A stretch of DNA of 64,000 nt, from sequence record MZ443780.1. One strand, 5' to 3'. The position numbers were made by a program, and so were the translations under genes. Each line of letters opens with the position of its first letter. Within the stretch, counting starts at the first letter, position 1. This document shows positions 54,185 to 63,464 of this stretch, one piece after another. The notes beneath the pieces were generated by a model that searched no databases, was not told the DNA's origin, and saw only the letters and a list, made by a program, of their open reading frames with translations.

Positions 54185-56127
54185 TCCAGTTTGTATTTGC
54201 TCTTGAACTCCGCGATACTCATAACAGGGATGCCTTTGTCCATCGCTTTCTGGAGTTTCGCAGAACCAGATCCAGGGTCTTTAGCAATCAGGATTGTCGT
54301 GTCAGCTTTCATGCTGTCAGTCGCAACGCCGCCGAGTTCAGTGATACGCTGCATCAGGTCGCGGTCACGCACACCAGTGAATGCCACGTTGACGCCTTTG
54401 AGCTTGCTGCTGGTGACTTTCACTTTCTTCGGTGCAACGAGCGTCACATCCATTTCGACTGCCATGAGATAGGACTTAACAGCAGCATCAGCAATCTGCG
54501 GAGCCAGCTTGTCTACCCCGTGCATACCGCTAATCTTGAGAGTCAGATCAGCAGTCTTACCTTTCTTGAGATATTGCTCAAGGTTAGGAATGGCATCAAC
54601 AACCTTGTCGAATGTCGTGTTAGCGCCGCGCATGAAGAATGACGCAGTAGCTTTAAGCCACGTATTCATCGGCACGCCAGCTTTCAACGTCTTCAGGTCT
54701 TTCGCTAACTGACGACCGCGAGAGTCACCAACGATTTCACGCAGTGATGCCATAGGCGTCATGAACAATTGTTGAGGCGTTTTAATGCCAGAAGCAACGA
54801 GCAACTTACAGGTGCTTGGACCTGTGTTCGCAATATCAAGTCCGCGCAGGAACGAACCGAGAAGACGAGCATCAGCAACAGAGGACTTCGCTTTGACAAC
54901 GAACTCTACACCGTTAATCTTGTACGGTACGTCAGGCAGCTTAGGCTTCTTAGCAGGCTTGAGAATCTCCATGATGTATGGGATTACCTTGCCACTTCGA
55001 ATCAACTTAACCTTAGCGCCAATGCCTAACGGTCGTTTAGGACCAAGCACTGCACCTTTCTTCTTCGGCTTGAGATAGCCGTGCTCAACGTAGAAACCGT
55101 TGTGCGCAGAAGCACGTTCAACAGTCACACCGCCGGGCATGATTGTTGGCGGGAAGATTGCAACAGGCGCGAGCACACCGTACTTCGACTCTTGGTAGAT
55201 AACGTCTTTGACAGTCACAATAACCGTGTCAGACTCAACGTTCATTTTGAACTTGAACGCGTGACGTGGGTTACTGGCAGTTGCTTTAGGCGTAGGAATA
55301 TCACGGGTCATTACGATCCCATCAAGTTCATACTTCGCCTTAGCAATACGTTTGTCCAACCACGGGATGAGTTGTTCTTCGTCATCAAAACGCAGAGGAC
55401 CGAAGTGACGAACGACTTCGAATCCCCATTTGTCTAACAGCTTGAACTGACTGGACTGCTTGAGAGTAGCACCTTTACCAGCAAGTATGCCGAAGCACAC
55501 CATGTGGACGTACTTGAACTCTTTCGCAGTCTCGAAGTTACGGACCAACCCTGACGCAGCGTTACGCGCAGCTTTGAAGCGACCACCAGCAGACTCATGC
55601 AGCTTTGCCATGAACGTCTTATACGGGATAAGCGCCTCACAGCGAAGCACCACTTCACCCTTCTCAGGAATCTTTTGGGGGATGCGCATCGAAGGTAAGT
55701 GCTGAGACACGTCTTTGCCGTGAGTAGCGTCACCACGAGTATACGCTTTGACAGGCACGCCTTTCTGGTACACGATCTCAATACTCAGACCGTCCAGCTT
55801 ATCTGTCAGCATCCACTCAACGTCTTCTGCAAGAGCTTTGGACAATTGTTTGCCGCCGAGAGCATACTGGTCAAGACTTGCCATTGGTACAGGCAGCTTA
55901 ACATCAGAATCATCACGCGCACCAATCTTACGCGCCAGCTTTGACTTAGGCCAGCGTGTGTCGATGTAGTTACGAATGTGATCATACACTGCATCTGATA
56001 CAAGACCTTCAGAATCAGTGTGGAACGCATCATCAAGATGCGCCACAAGTTTCGTTGCCTGAGTCAGATTGAGCGTGTCGAGAACCTTGTTAGGATTCTT
56101 CTCTAATCGCTTCAAAGAGATTTGCAT
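54181..56127 (-). CDS. ligA: NAD-dependent DNA ligase
   Basis: SDAVYD (Ia), TDKLDG (motif I), TRGD..GKDV, RNAASG, ELDGIV, AFKF, VIRSGKVIP-like OB segment (LIRSGKVIP), C-terminal BRCT (VAFTG...KLQKA). Confidence 0.95.
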   Translation of the reverse strand: MQISLKRLEKNPNKVLDTLNLTQATKLVAHLDDAFHTDSEGLVSDAVYDHIRNYIDTRWPKSKLARKIGARDDSDVKLPVPMASLDQYALGGKQLSKALAEDVEWMLTDKLDGLSIEIVYQKGVPVKAYTRGDATHGKDVSQHLPSMRIPQKIPEKGEVVLRCEALIPYKTFMAKLHESAGGRFKAARNAASGLVRNFETAKEFKYVHMVCFGILAGKGATLKQSSQFKLLDKWGFEVVRHFGPLRFDDEEQLIPWLDKRIAKAKYELDGIVMTRDIPTPKATASNPRHAFKFKMNVESDTVIVTVKDVIYQESKYGVLAPVAIFPPTIMPGGVTVERASAHNGFYVEHGYLKPKKKGAVLGPKRPLGIGAKVKLIRSGKVIPYIMEILKPAKKPKLPDVPYKINGVEFVVKAKSSVADARLLGSFLRGLDIANTGPSTCKLLVASGIKTPQQLFMTPMASLREIVGDSRGRQLAKDLKTLKAGVPMNTWLKATASFFMRGANTTFDKVVDAIPNLEQYLKKGKTADLTLKISGMHGVDKLAPQIADAAVKSYLMAVEMDVTLVAPKKVKVTSSKLKGVNVAFTGVRDRDLMQRITELGGVATDSMKADTTILIAKDPGSGSAKLQKAMDKGIPVMSIAEFKSKYKLE

Positions 56128-56166
56128 GATTTTCTCCGATCGTCATTAACACTGGTATTTACAGCA

Positions 56167-58014
56167 TTAAGAGGCGATTGGGTCCTTGTTAACAGGGAAG
56201 TCTTCGGTCATGTCGAGCACACGATTGAACAGCTTCGGTGCCATGTCCTTGACGTGTTCTGCGTAGTCAAACAGGTTCTGCTTACGCGCACGGTTCACAC
56301 GCACCTGACGAACTTCATCTGGGCTGTTCGTGATATCGTACACTGTGTAGATAACGATGTTATCTGAGGCAGAGTGCGTACTGACCTTCAATACTACCCA
56401 GTCGCGTTTGAGTTTCGCATCTGCTCTGAATTGCAGCACGTCACCTTCTTCTGCTTCCTCGGCGCGATGCTGAGGAGTAGACTTGTTAGCGGCAGCAATC
56501 TTCTTCGCAGTCTCACGCGCTTCCTTCTCGGCAGCAGCAACGTCAGAGTCGGTATCTTCTTCGGCAGAGGTTTCATCTACCGCATCGGCGGCATCAGCAT
56601 CCTCGTCCTCTGAGTCGCCATCTTCACCTTCATCGTCAGTTGTTCCGTCGTCAGACTCGGCATCATCCACAGATCCATCGTCTTCGGAATCGTCTTCCCC
56701 ATCTTCTGCATCATCAGCACCTGTATCGCTATCGTCAGTGTCTTCTTCTGCATCTGGGTCTTCCTCTTCTTCGGGATCGACTTCTTCTTCGCCGTCAGTA
56801 TCTTCCTCTTCAGGTTGAGGTGCAGGCTTCTTGCCTTTAGCGCGAACTTTAGGTGGCGGAGCGTCTTCTTCGTCGTCATCAGGCTCGTCAATGTCTGACA
56901 GGTCGAGTGCAGGTTCTTCATGGTCAGCAGAGTCATCGCCACCAAACAGAGAGCCTACAGAATCTTCGATGTTAAACACATCGCCTGAGAACGGACTACG
57001 TGCGAGAATGTCTTCCAGCTTCTGCTCGTCGAGGTCAAGATCGATTTCGACTTCTTCGATTGCGTCGTCCAGAATTTCTTCTTCAATGACACGCATACGC
57101 TTGCCACGTCTGTCCGTATTGTCCTCATAGACAGTACGCACTTCGGCTTTAGGAGCTTCAATTTCACCGCTACGCACTTTCGAGCGCAGGTCTTTCATCT
57201 CGGCAGCACGTTCCTGAGCTTTCTTACGCGCTTCTTTCTGGAGTTCTTTGCGTTGTTGCTTCTGCTCCAGAACCTTAGCGTTGTTAGCGAGGCGTTGAGC
57301 TTCTTCCTCTTCTGCCTGACTGCGACGACGAGCACGGCGTACTAACTTGCGATAGTTTTTGAGCGTGTCAACATCGACAGTACCTTTCGGCCAATCATTG
57401 AAAGGCAGGATGTTTGTATCATGCACAATCAGATCGTACTGCGCGTCATCAACTTTCAGGAACAGACCGTCAGTGTTAATGACAACACCGCCTTTACCTG
57501 GGCGTAAGAAACGAACACCAATCATGTCGTTCTTGTAGAGCTTCGTCATACCCTTTGAAGTCTTCACTGGGTATTCAGAGCTTGCCACCATGCGCCACTG
57601 GTAGTTATCGAAGTCAACACCGTATACGGCTTCTGACTTGACTTTACGCGGTGAGAATCTCGCAGCATCGAACTGCACACGGTTCAGTTGTCGCTGCATC
57701 GTTTGAGCACCGGCAACCTTTGTGCGCTTACCATCACGATTAACGACGTCAGGTACTTTACGCAGCTTCGATGCACGTTCCATCAAGAATAGTCCAGTAG
57801 ACTTATCAAGAGGGAAGTCAACATGTGGCATATCAGGGAAAATCAGAGTGTAGCGTCCGCCATTACGCAGCGGGAGAATACCGAAGATATCTCCGTCACG
57901 AATCATGCGCTTATGAGTTCGTTGGGATACTTCTTTTCCGCGTGAGCCTGTGTACTTCATCCACGCGTACTTCGATACGGCATCTTGATATGATGCGGAT
58001 ACGGAAAGTATCAT
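56167..58014 (-). CDS. Hypothetical protein with two copies of the shared module, a coiled coil and a long acidic tract
   Basis: Start probably MILSVSA at 58014; WMKYTG...DGDIFG and WRMVAS...NDMIGV; Asp/Glu-rich about 150 aa. Confidence 0.7.
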   Translation of the reverse strand: MILSVSASYQDAVSKYAWMKYTGSRGKEVSQRTHKRMIRDGDIFGILPLRNGGRYTLIFPDMPHVDFPLDKSTGLFLMERASKLRKVPDVVNRDGKRTKVAGAQTMQRQLNRVQFDAARFSPRKVKSEAVYGVDFDNYQWRMVASSEYPVKTSKGMTKLYKNDMIGVRFLRPGKGGVVINTDGLFLKVDDAQYDLIVHDTNILPFNDWPKGTVDVDTLKNYRKLVRRARRRSQAEEEEAQRLANNAKVLEQKQQRKELQKEARKKAQERAAEMKDLRSKVRSGEIEAPKAEVRTVYEDNTDRRGKRMRVIEEEILDDAIEEVEIDLDLDEQKLEDILARSPFSGDVFNIEDSVGSLFGGDDSADHEEPALDLSDIDEPDDDEEDAPPPKVRAKGKKPAPQPEEEDTDGEEEVDPEEEEDPDAEEDTDDSDTGADDAEDGEDDSEDDGSVDDAESDDGTTDDEGEDGDSEDEDADAADAVDETSAEEDTDSDVAAAEKEARETAKKIAAANKSTPQHRAEEAEEGDVLQFRADAKLKRDWVVLKVSTHSASDNIVIYTVYDITNSPDEVRQVRVNRARKQNLFDYAEHVKDMAPKLFNRVLDMTEDFPVNKDPIAS

Positions 58015-58047
58015 GTTATTATCTCTATGTTGTACAAACACTCGTTG

Positions 58048-58055
58048 AAATTAGC
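58048..58055 (-). promoter_or_regulatory. Candidate late promoter motif GCTAATTT
   Basis: Directly after the hairpin at 58067-58092, 34 nt before the start at 58014. Confidence 0.55.
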
Positions 58056-58066
58056 TTGCGCAAGGG

Positions 58067-58092
58067 TAAAGCGGGGATTAACCCCCGCTTAA
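58067..58092 (-). terminator. Hairpin/terminator overlapping the stop codon of 58078..62211
   Basis: AAGCGGGG-GTTAAT-CCCCGCTT; the TAA stop lies in the loop; short U-tract. Confidence 0.6.
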
Positions 58093-61000
58093 ATATCCTC
58101 TAGCGGCACAGGACATAGAACCGCAAGATTCTTCACACACGGTGATCTGCGCCCACGTCCAGTAACCGTTAGGCTGCTGGATAGCATACACCACAGAAGG
58201 ATCGAAGCCCCAGACTTGGGTAGCGTTCTGCAACGCTGCAAGTTCCGTAGCGAAATAGCCCTCTTCAAGAGGCTTATCAATCGAACCGTGGTTAGGCTCT
58301 ACTGTCCACGCTTCAACTACAGGCGCTGTAACAGCATAGACCGTCGTGCTAGCTTTTCGTGTCTTCTGAATCTCAACACGAATAGGCTTAGGCGTAACAG
58401 GATTACCAACCTGACGAGCAACGCGAATCACTCTGTCAGTATTGACCTGCTGGCCTTCAAGCTGATCTGTTTTACCAGACTGACTTGACTGGATGAACTG
58501 CCCCTCAATCAGATGCCTGTAGACAGTAGACGTATCGACTGTTTGAGGGTCGAACGCTTCATGGTCTGCGGCAACTGCTTTGAGATGATAGAAGTCGCTC
58601 GGTGCCGGTGCTACTGGGTACTGAACAGGCTCTTTCATCCACTGAGCATCTGCTGGTTCGTAGTGGTAGTATACCGGAGCTGGCATACGACGAACAAACG
58701 GAATCTCAGGAATAAACAACACAGCAGGGTGATAGATCGGGTCAACGTACTTAGCAGTGTGCGCATCTACTCGATACGTCACAGTTGCCGGTACCCACTG
58801 CGGTCTAGCCCAACCAATCTGATACACAGCACTTGGTGAAACGTACTTAGCATCAGTCATCTCCTGCCTGAACAGTCCACCAAGAGAGGCATTACGAGGC
58901 TCTGTTGGTCCAGCATAATACAGACCGAGACCATCAACCTTATGCGGTGCAAGCGCATCAGCTTTATATGCAGCACTGTCCTTAGTGTAGCGTGGCAGAA
59001 TCTGATCAGACTTCGCCTTGACTGACGTGCGATACTCAGGGCTTCTCAAGTCGAAATACTGAGGCTCGTTGTCCAGATGTTCGATGAAGGTGTTGATGAA
59101 CGTATCATTAACAACATACAGCGCTTCGGTGAAGTCTGGCCAGAACGTGTCGGCTACAACATCAGCACCTACCGTAGCTTCGAACAGTGGGAACTCGTCC
59201 TCGGTATCTTTCTGTCCTACAGTCAGTTCAAACAGTGGGAACGTGTCAGCAGTCAGCGCCTCAGTCTTATCGACAAACTCAGGCAAAGGCATTGTCGTAA
59301 CAACGTCCTTCTGACCTTGAGTAAGTTCGAACAAGTCAAACTTGTCGAGCACGATATCAGACTGAGCAATCAGGTCGAACATGCGGAAGTTATCCACAAA
59401 GTCCTTGTTGCCTGTATCGAACTGAGGACCAGCAGCGTACTGAGCGTCTACAGCGCTACCTGTTTCGATAACGCGATTGATAGAGTCACCAATATGCGTC
59501 TGAGCATCAGAGAAGTCCAGCCACTGGAGTTGAGTGTCAAGCTCTGGGTCGTACACAGGTGTCAGGTTAACGTTGTGCGTACCTGCACTGATATACGTCG
59601 TATCAATAACGGTCACAGCCTCCGCAACAGCAGCAACATGCGTCACGTCAAAGATCTGCACAGAGTCAGTGGCATACGCAGTGTAGGACGGATCTACCGT
59701 CATGTCGTACAGCCAACCGAACGGTGCATTGCCGAACATCAGCGTATGAGGCTGATCGTGTGACGGCAACCCATAGATCTTGAGCATCGTGTCAGCACAC
59801 TCAAACGGACCGATGACAAGGTCCTGCTCTTTGTATACACCACGCGAGTCAAGCTCTTGCACGACACGCACACCATCAACGTCCAGTAACATGCCAGCAG
59901 GAACTGTCATGTACGTCCAGAAGTTATCTGGGATGTTGTCGATGAACAATGTGCCGCTATCACCCATGACATAACGCTCTGCGCGTTTAGTCGGTGCTGG
60001 TGTTCCTAACCATTGTGCGTCTGCCCACACGTACCATTCATAGCTGTACTGATCAGAGTGGAACTTGATCGTGTACTGCTTGTTTTCAGTAGGCGTGAAC
60101 TTAATGCTGGTGGTTCCATCTACAGGCAGCGTGATGGTCTGACTGCCATTCGCAAACACAGCGTCAGTAGCAGTGATTGTCAGCGTCAGAGGAATCGTAC
60201 CCGTGTTACGCAGCACATCAGACTGAACCAGTTTGCCGACAGGCATATACGCCCAATGGCGGCCAACGTCAATCTGTCCTTCAACTATCGTGAACAGACC
60301 GAAGCTGGAGCTGCCTTGACCTACGTGCACCTCGATGCGCGTTGTGTCGTTATTGTGCAGGACTTCAAAGCCGAGTTTCTGATTGTTGCGAATGAGCACA
60401 GGCATTGCTGTCTCTACACCATTCACAAAGATCTTAACGCGGTCGTAATCTTCTACACCATCCACCAGCACACTGACAGGCACAGCAACGTTGATGCCAC
60501 TGATAGTGACGTCTTCGGTGCGGTTCCATGTGTCGTTGTCGATGCCGAGAATGTTCTGCCACACGAATGGGTTTGGCGTATCATCAGCTTTCATCTCGAA
60601 CTGATAGACAGATCGACCGATAGAAATCGGGAACGATGTGCTGGTGATGTACGCGTGGCTTAACGTAATCGTGACTTCTTGCCCGTCATATACTTTCGTC
60701 ACAGGCACGGTTGTCGTTGTTTCTACAGGCACACCGTTAACGATATCAGTAGTGGTTTCTTCAATCGTTGCAGCGACAGTCACGCCGGCAGGAGCAGTGA
60801 TAGGCAGACCAATATCAGGGTCTCCTGCATCTACTGTCACTTTGAACGTAACAGACGAACCCAAGTCGATAGCACTCAGGTCAGGCATGTTCACCGTGTA
60901 GTCACGAATAGCAAGATGTTTCAGACCAGTAGTAGGACGCGCTGCGTAATAGAACAGGCGGTCATATGTGTCGTCTTGCTTGTATGGAGGTGTGATGAGT

Positions 61001-62211
61001 TCAACGTAAGGCCAACCAGAACGTGTCTGAGTAGGGCTGTCAGTCGAAGCGAAGTCAAACAGCGCATTGCTACCGTTCGTGTCCATACCAGCAACGAGTT
61101 TGCCGCCAGTATCTGTCCATGCAGCAGTCGTGTTAAACACAACAAGGTCGTTTGCAACAAGAGGACGCGCTGCAACGTTCTGCACGTTATCACGAAGGTT
61201 GAACTGGTAGATGTTCGTGCCGTCATGCCCGAGAACAAGCACAGAGCTTGGAACAAATTGATACCAGAAAACGGACGCAGGCGCAGCAGAAGTATTGCCA
61301 CCCACCAACTTACCGTCAAGTGTTGACAGCACATCGTAACTGTCTGAGCCATTAACGTAAAACTGATCTGACTTAACAGACGTTTCAACGAAGCTGGCAT
61401 TCAGGTAGTGCGCACGTCCATCAAGGTCAAACGCAACATAACTATCGACAGTGTTTGTGCCTACGCCAGCACGACGACACACAACGCGACTGACTTTGTA
61501 GCCGAGCTGTTTAGGTTCACCGAACTGCGTCATCGCCTCATCAAGCACATCGACCTGACCTGACGTGTGGAAGACGACAGCGCTACGTTTACCTGTAGAG
61601 TCGTAACTGACTTTATAACCAGCGATATCAACGTCATACATACCGCCGAACACTTTCGTATTCGATACATCACCATCAGTGTGAATGTAATACAGCATAC
61701 GTGCTGCACGGTCGTGGACGATTGAAACAGGCTTGGTTAAATCGAAGAAGGTGGATTCGAAGTCCGAGAACTTCGCTACAGCCGATTGCTGCATGTCTTG
61801 AACAGTGGGGATGCGAACGCCACCACCAAGCACAAGACCGCCATACGTAGGATTGATTGCAGCGCCCAAAGGCAACGCATCCATACCTTTTGTCACCAGA
61901 CGATAGTCCAGCTCTTTCGTTTGCGGTCTAACAAAGATGCGCGACATAGAATGCACAAGCACCCACAAGTCACCGTCTTTGTAATACAACAAAACAGGCT
62001 GAGTAGCAGAGGCAGCAACCGTTACGTTAGCCAGAAGACTAATCGGGTACACTGAACCTGAACTCGGTGCGATATCCTTTTCTGTGGTGGCATCAGCAAA
62101 CGTACCGCCAACAACACGGAACGTTAGTGTGTCAGTATGACTAGCGATAGTGATATCGTTTTGCCACGACTGAGCACCAGTAGCTGATACAACAGGAATC
62201 ATTTCAGCCAT
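58078..62211 (-). CDS. Large virion structural protein (1377 aa) with propeller-like, Ig-like and short periodic repeats
   Basis: ADDTPNPF and NGVETAMPV Ig-like segments; ~15-16-aa repeats in the C-terminal third; Cys-rich C-terminus. Confidence 0.7.
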   Translation of the reverse strand: MAEMIPVVSATGAQSWQNDITIASHTDTLTFRVVGGTFADATTEKDIAPSSGSVYPISLLANVTVAASATQPVLLYYKDGDLWVLVHSMSRIFVRPQTKELDYRLVTKGMDALPLGAAINPTYGGLVLGGGVRIPTVQDMQQSAVAKFSDFESTFFDLTKPVSIVHDRAARMLYYIHTDGDVSNTKVFGGMYDVDIAGYKVSYDSTGKRSAVVFHTSGQVDVLDEAMTQFGEPKQLGYKVSRVVCRRAGVGTNTVDSYVAFDLDGRAHYLNASFVETSVKSDQFYVNGSDSYDVLSTLDGKLVGGNTSAAPASVFWYQFVPSSVLVLGHDGTNIYQFNLRDNVQNVAARPLVANDLVVFNTTAAWTDTGGKLVAGMDTNGSNALFDFASTDSPTQTRSGWPYVELITPPYKQDDTYDRLFYYAARPTTGLKHLAIRDYTVNMPDLSAIDLGSSVTFKVTVDAGDPDIGLPITAPAGVTVAATIEETTTDIVNGVPVETTTTVPVTKVYDGQEVTITLSHAYITSTSFPISIGRSVYQFEMKADDTPNPFVWQNILGIDNDTWNRTEDVTISGINVAVPVSVLVDGVEDYDRVKIFVNGVETAMPVLIRNNQKLGFEVLHNNDTTRIEVHVGQGSSSFGLFTIVEGQIDVGRHWAYMPVGKLVQSDVLRNTGTIPLTLTITATDAVFANGSQTITLPVDGTTSIKFTPTENKQYTIKFHSDQYSYEWYVWADAQWLGTPAPTKRAERYVMGDSGTLFIDNIPDNFWTYMTVPAGMLLDVDGVRVVQELDSRGVYKEQDLVIGPFECADTMLKIYGLPSHDQPHTLMFGNAPFGWLYDMTVDPSYTAYATDSVQIFDVTHVAAVAEAVTVIDTTYISAGTHNVNLTPVYDPELDTQLQWLDFSDAQTHIGDSINRVIETGSAVDAQYAAGPQFDTGNKDFVDNFRMFDLIAQSDIVLDKFDLFELTQGQKDVVTTMPLPEFVDKTEALTADTFPLFELTVGQKDTEDEFPLFEATVGADVVADTFWPDFTEALYVVNDTFINTFIEHLDNEPQYFDLRSPEYRTSVKAKSDQILPRYTKDSAAYKADALAPHKVDGLGLYYAGPTEPRNASLGGLFRQEMTDAKYVSPSAVYQIGWARPQWVPATVTYRVDAHTAKYVDPIYHPAVLFIPEIPFVRRMPAPVYYHYEPADAQWMKEPVQYPVAPAPSDFYHLKAVAADHEAFDPQTVDTSTVYRHLIEGQFIQSSQSGKTDQLEGQQVNTDRVIRVARQVGNPVTPKPIRVEIQKTRKASTTVYAVTAPVVEAWTVEPNHGSIDKPLEEGYFATELAALQNATQVWGFDPSVVYAIQQPNGYWTWAQITVCEESCGSMSCAARGYLSGG

Positions 62212-62234
62212 TGTTCACCTCACGATGCGGAAAC

Positions 62235-62259
62235 TAAAAAGGGCGCCCGAAGGCACCCT
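62235..62259 (-). terminator. Intrinsic terminator
   Basis: AGGGTGCC-TTCG-GGCGCCCT-TTTTAG. Confidence 0.8.
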
Positions 62260-62266
62260 GTGAGGA

Positions 62267-63445
62267 TTAGGCTCCGGCGCCTTCTGGGGCTTTATAGCCT
62301 TTCAGGAAGAAGATACGCATACCGGTGTTGTTCGGACTGTTAGCAGTCAGAGCTTTATAGGTACGCTTCTTCGGCGTGCTGCCGTCATCTTCCATTTCGT
62401 TGTACACCTGCACGTCAATTTCGGTGCCGTTAGAAATAACGTCAGCAGACGCATAACCAACGATATCCATTTCGTACGGGTAGCTGTAACGCTGAGTGTT
62501 AAAGCCCGCAGGCAGACGGAAATCGAAGTGGTTATCTTCGGAGAACGGAACCATCTGATACGGGTTGATAACAGCAGAGCTATCAGCACTGTGTACGTGT
62601 GCAGGTGCTGGGATAGTTGGTGCGTTCACGTCAGATTCACGCACGGTGAAGCGCATGATCTGGAATGAACCCGGGCTGTACGTTACTGGGCGCACTTCGA
62701 TATCGTTGTTGATTGAACCGCCACCGTTCACGCTGAACATACAGAACAGCGGAGCTTTGCCGTCAACGACAACAGTACCATCGGAGTTGATAGCACGTTG
62801 AACAACGAGCCACGCAGCACGGCAACCATCAGAGTCACGGCCTTCAACACCGATATGCAGAGCGAAGCCGTGGTCAGTGAAGGACAGGTGATACGTGAAC
62901 GGAGTAGCTTCCGGGTCAGCCCAAATCAGACTGTCTGGGTTAGTCTGACCTGCGGTGGCGGTGGTGGCGTTCGTTGGGTAAGCCATAGTACCACCGTAAT
63001 AAACGGAGGTGTTTGGGCCCACGACACCACGATGATAGAAGCACACATCGTTATCGCCAGCAGCACCTTGGTTGCCAGTGAAACGCGCACCAATCTGACC
63101 AGCGTACTCAGGTACACCAGAAGCGTTGATAGCAGCAGAACCGGTCTTAGCAACAGTGCCTGTGTCAGAAATCTGCTCAGGTGCAGCACAGAACAGGTTA
63201 GTACGCTTCTCTGTACCCTTCATCGCTAAACGCCAGCGCTGTTTACCAACACCAGTACCAGCCAGTGGGTCGATAGTAGCTGTAGCTTCTACGACGAACG
63301 ACGCAAGGTCAGTCGTTGGCAGAGAGGACGCGATAGTTCCGTTGTAGCTCACCAGCTGGAAGCCGTTAGCGATCATGTCCTCAAGGATTGAACGCCACAT
63401 CTTCAAGTTGCTGGTGAAACCAGATTTAACAATCAGTTTGTTCAT
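62267..63445 (-). CDS. Virion structural protein (392 aa), paralog of 63465..64000
   Basis: WLVVQR, PLFCMFS, INPYQ, NTQRY, GYASADV, GMRIF motifs shared with the neighbour. Confidence 0.75.
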   Translation of the reverse strand: MNKLIVKSGFTSNLKMWRSILEDMIANGFQLVSYNGTIASSLPTTDLASFVVEATATIDPLAGTGVGKQRWRLAMKGTEKRTNLFCAAPEQISDTGTVAKTGSAAINASGVPEYAGQIGARFTGNQGAAGDNDVCFYHRGVVGPNTSVYYGGTMAYPTNATTATAGQTNPDSLIWADPEATPFTYHLSFTDHGFALHIGVEGRDSDGCRAAWLVVQRAINSDGTVVVDGKAPLFCMFSVNGGGSINNDIEVRPVTYSPGSFQIMRFTVRESDVNAPTIPAPAHVHSADSSAVINPYQMVPFSEDNHFDFRLPAGFNTQRYSYPYEMDIVGYASADVISNGTEIDVQVYNEMEDDGSTPKKRTYKALTANSPNNTGMRIFFLKGYKAPEGAGA

Positions 63446-63464
63446 GAGTTGTTGTCCCCTTTAA

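Noticed and set aside
89-63347. Numerous plus-strand and alternative-frame ORFs in the track (e.g. 1617..2663, 15741..16685, 26096..27208, 41892..43205)
   Set aside because: They lie antisense to well-supported genes, have no motifs or SD context, and are explained by codon bias of the real strand.
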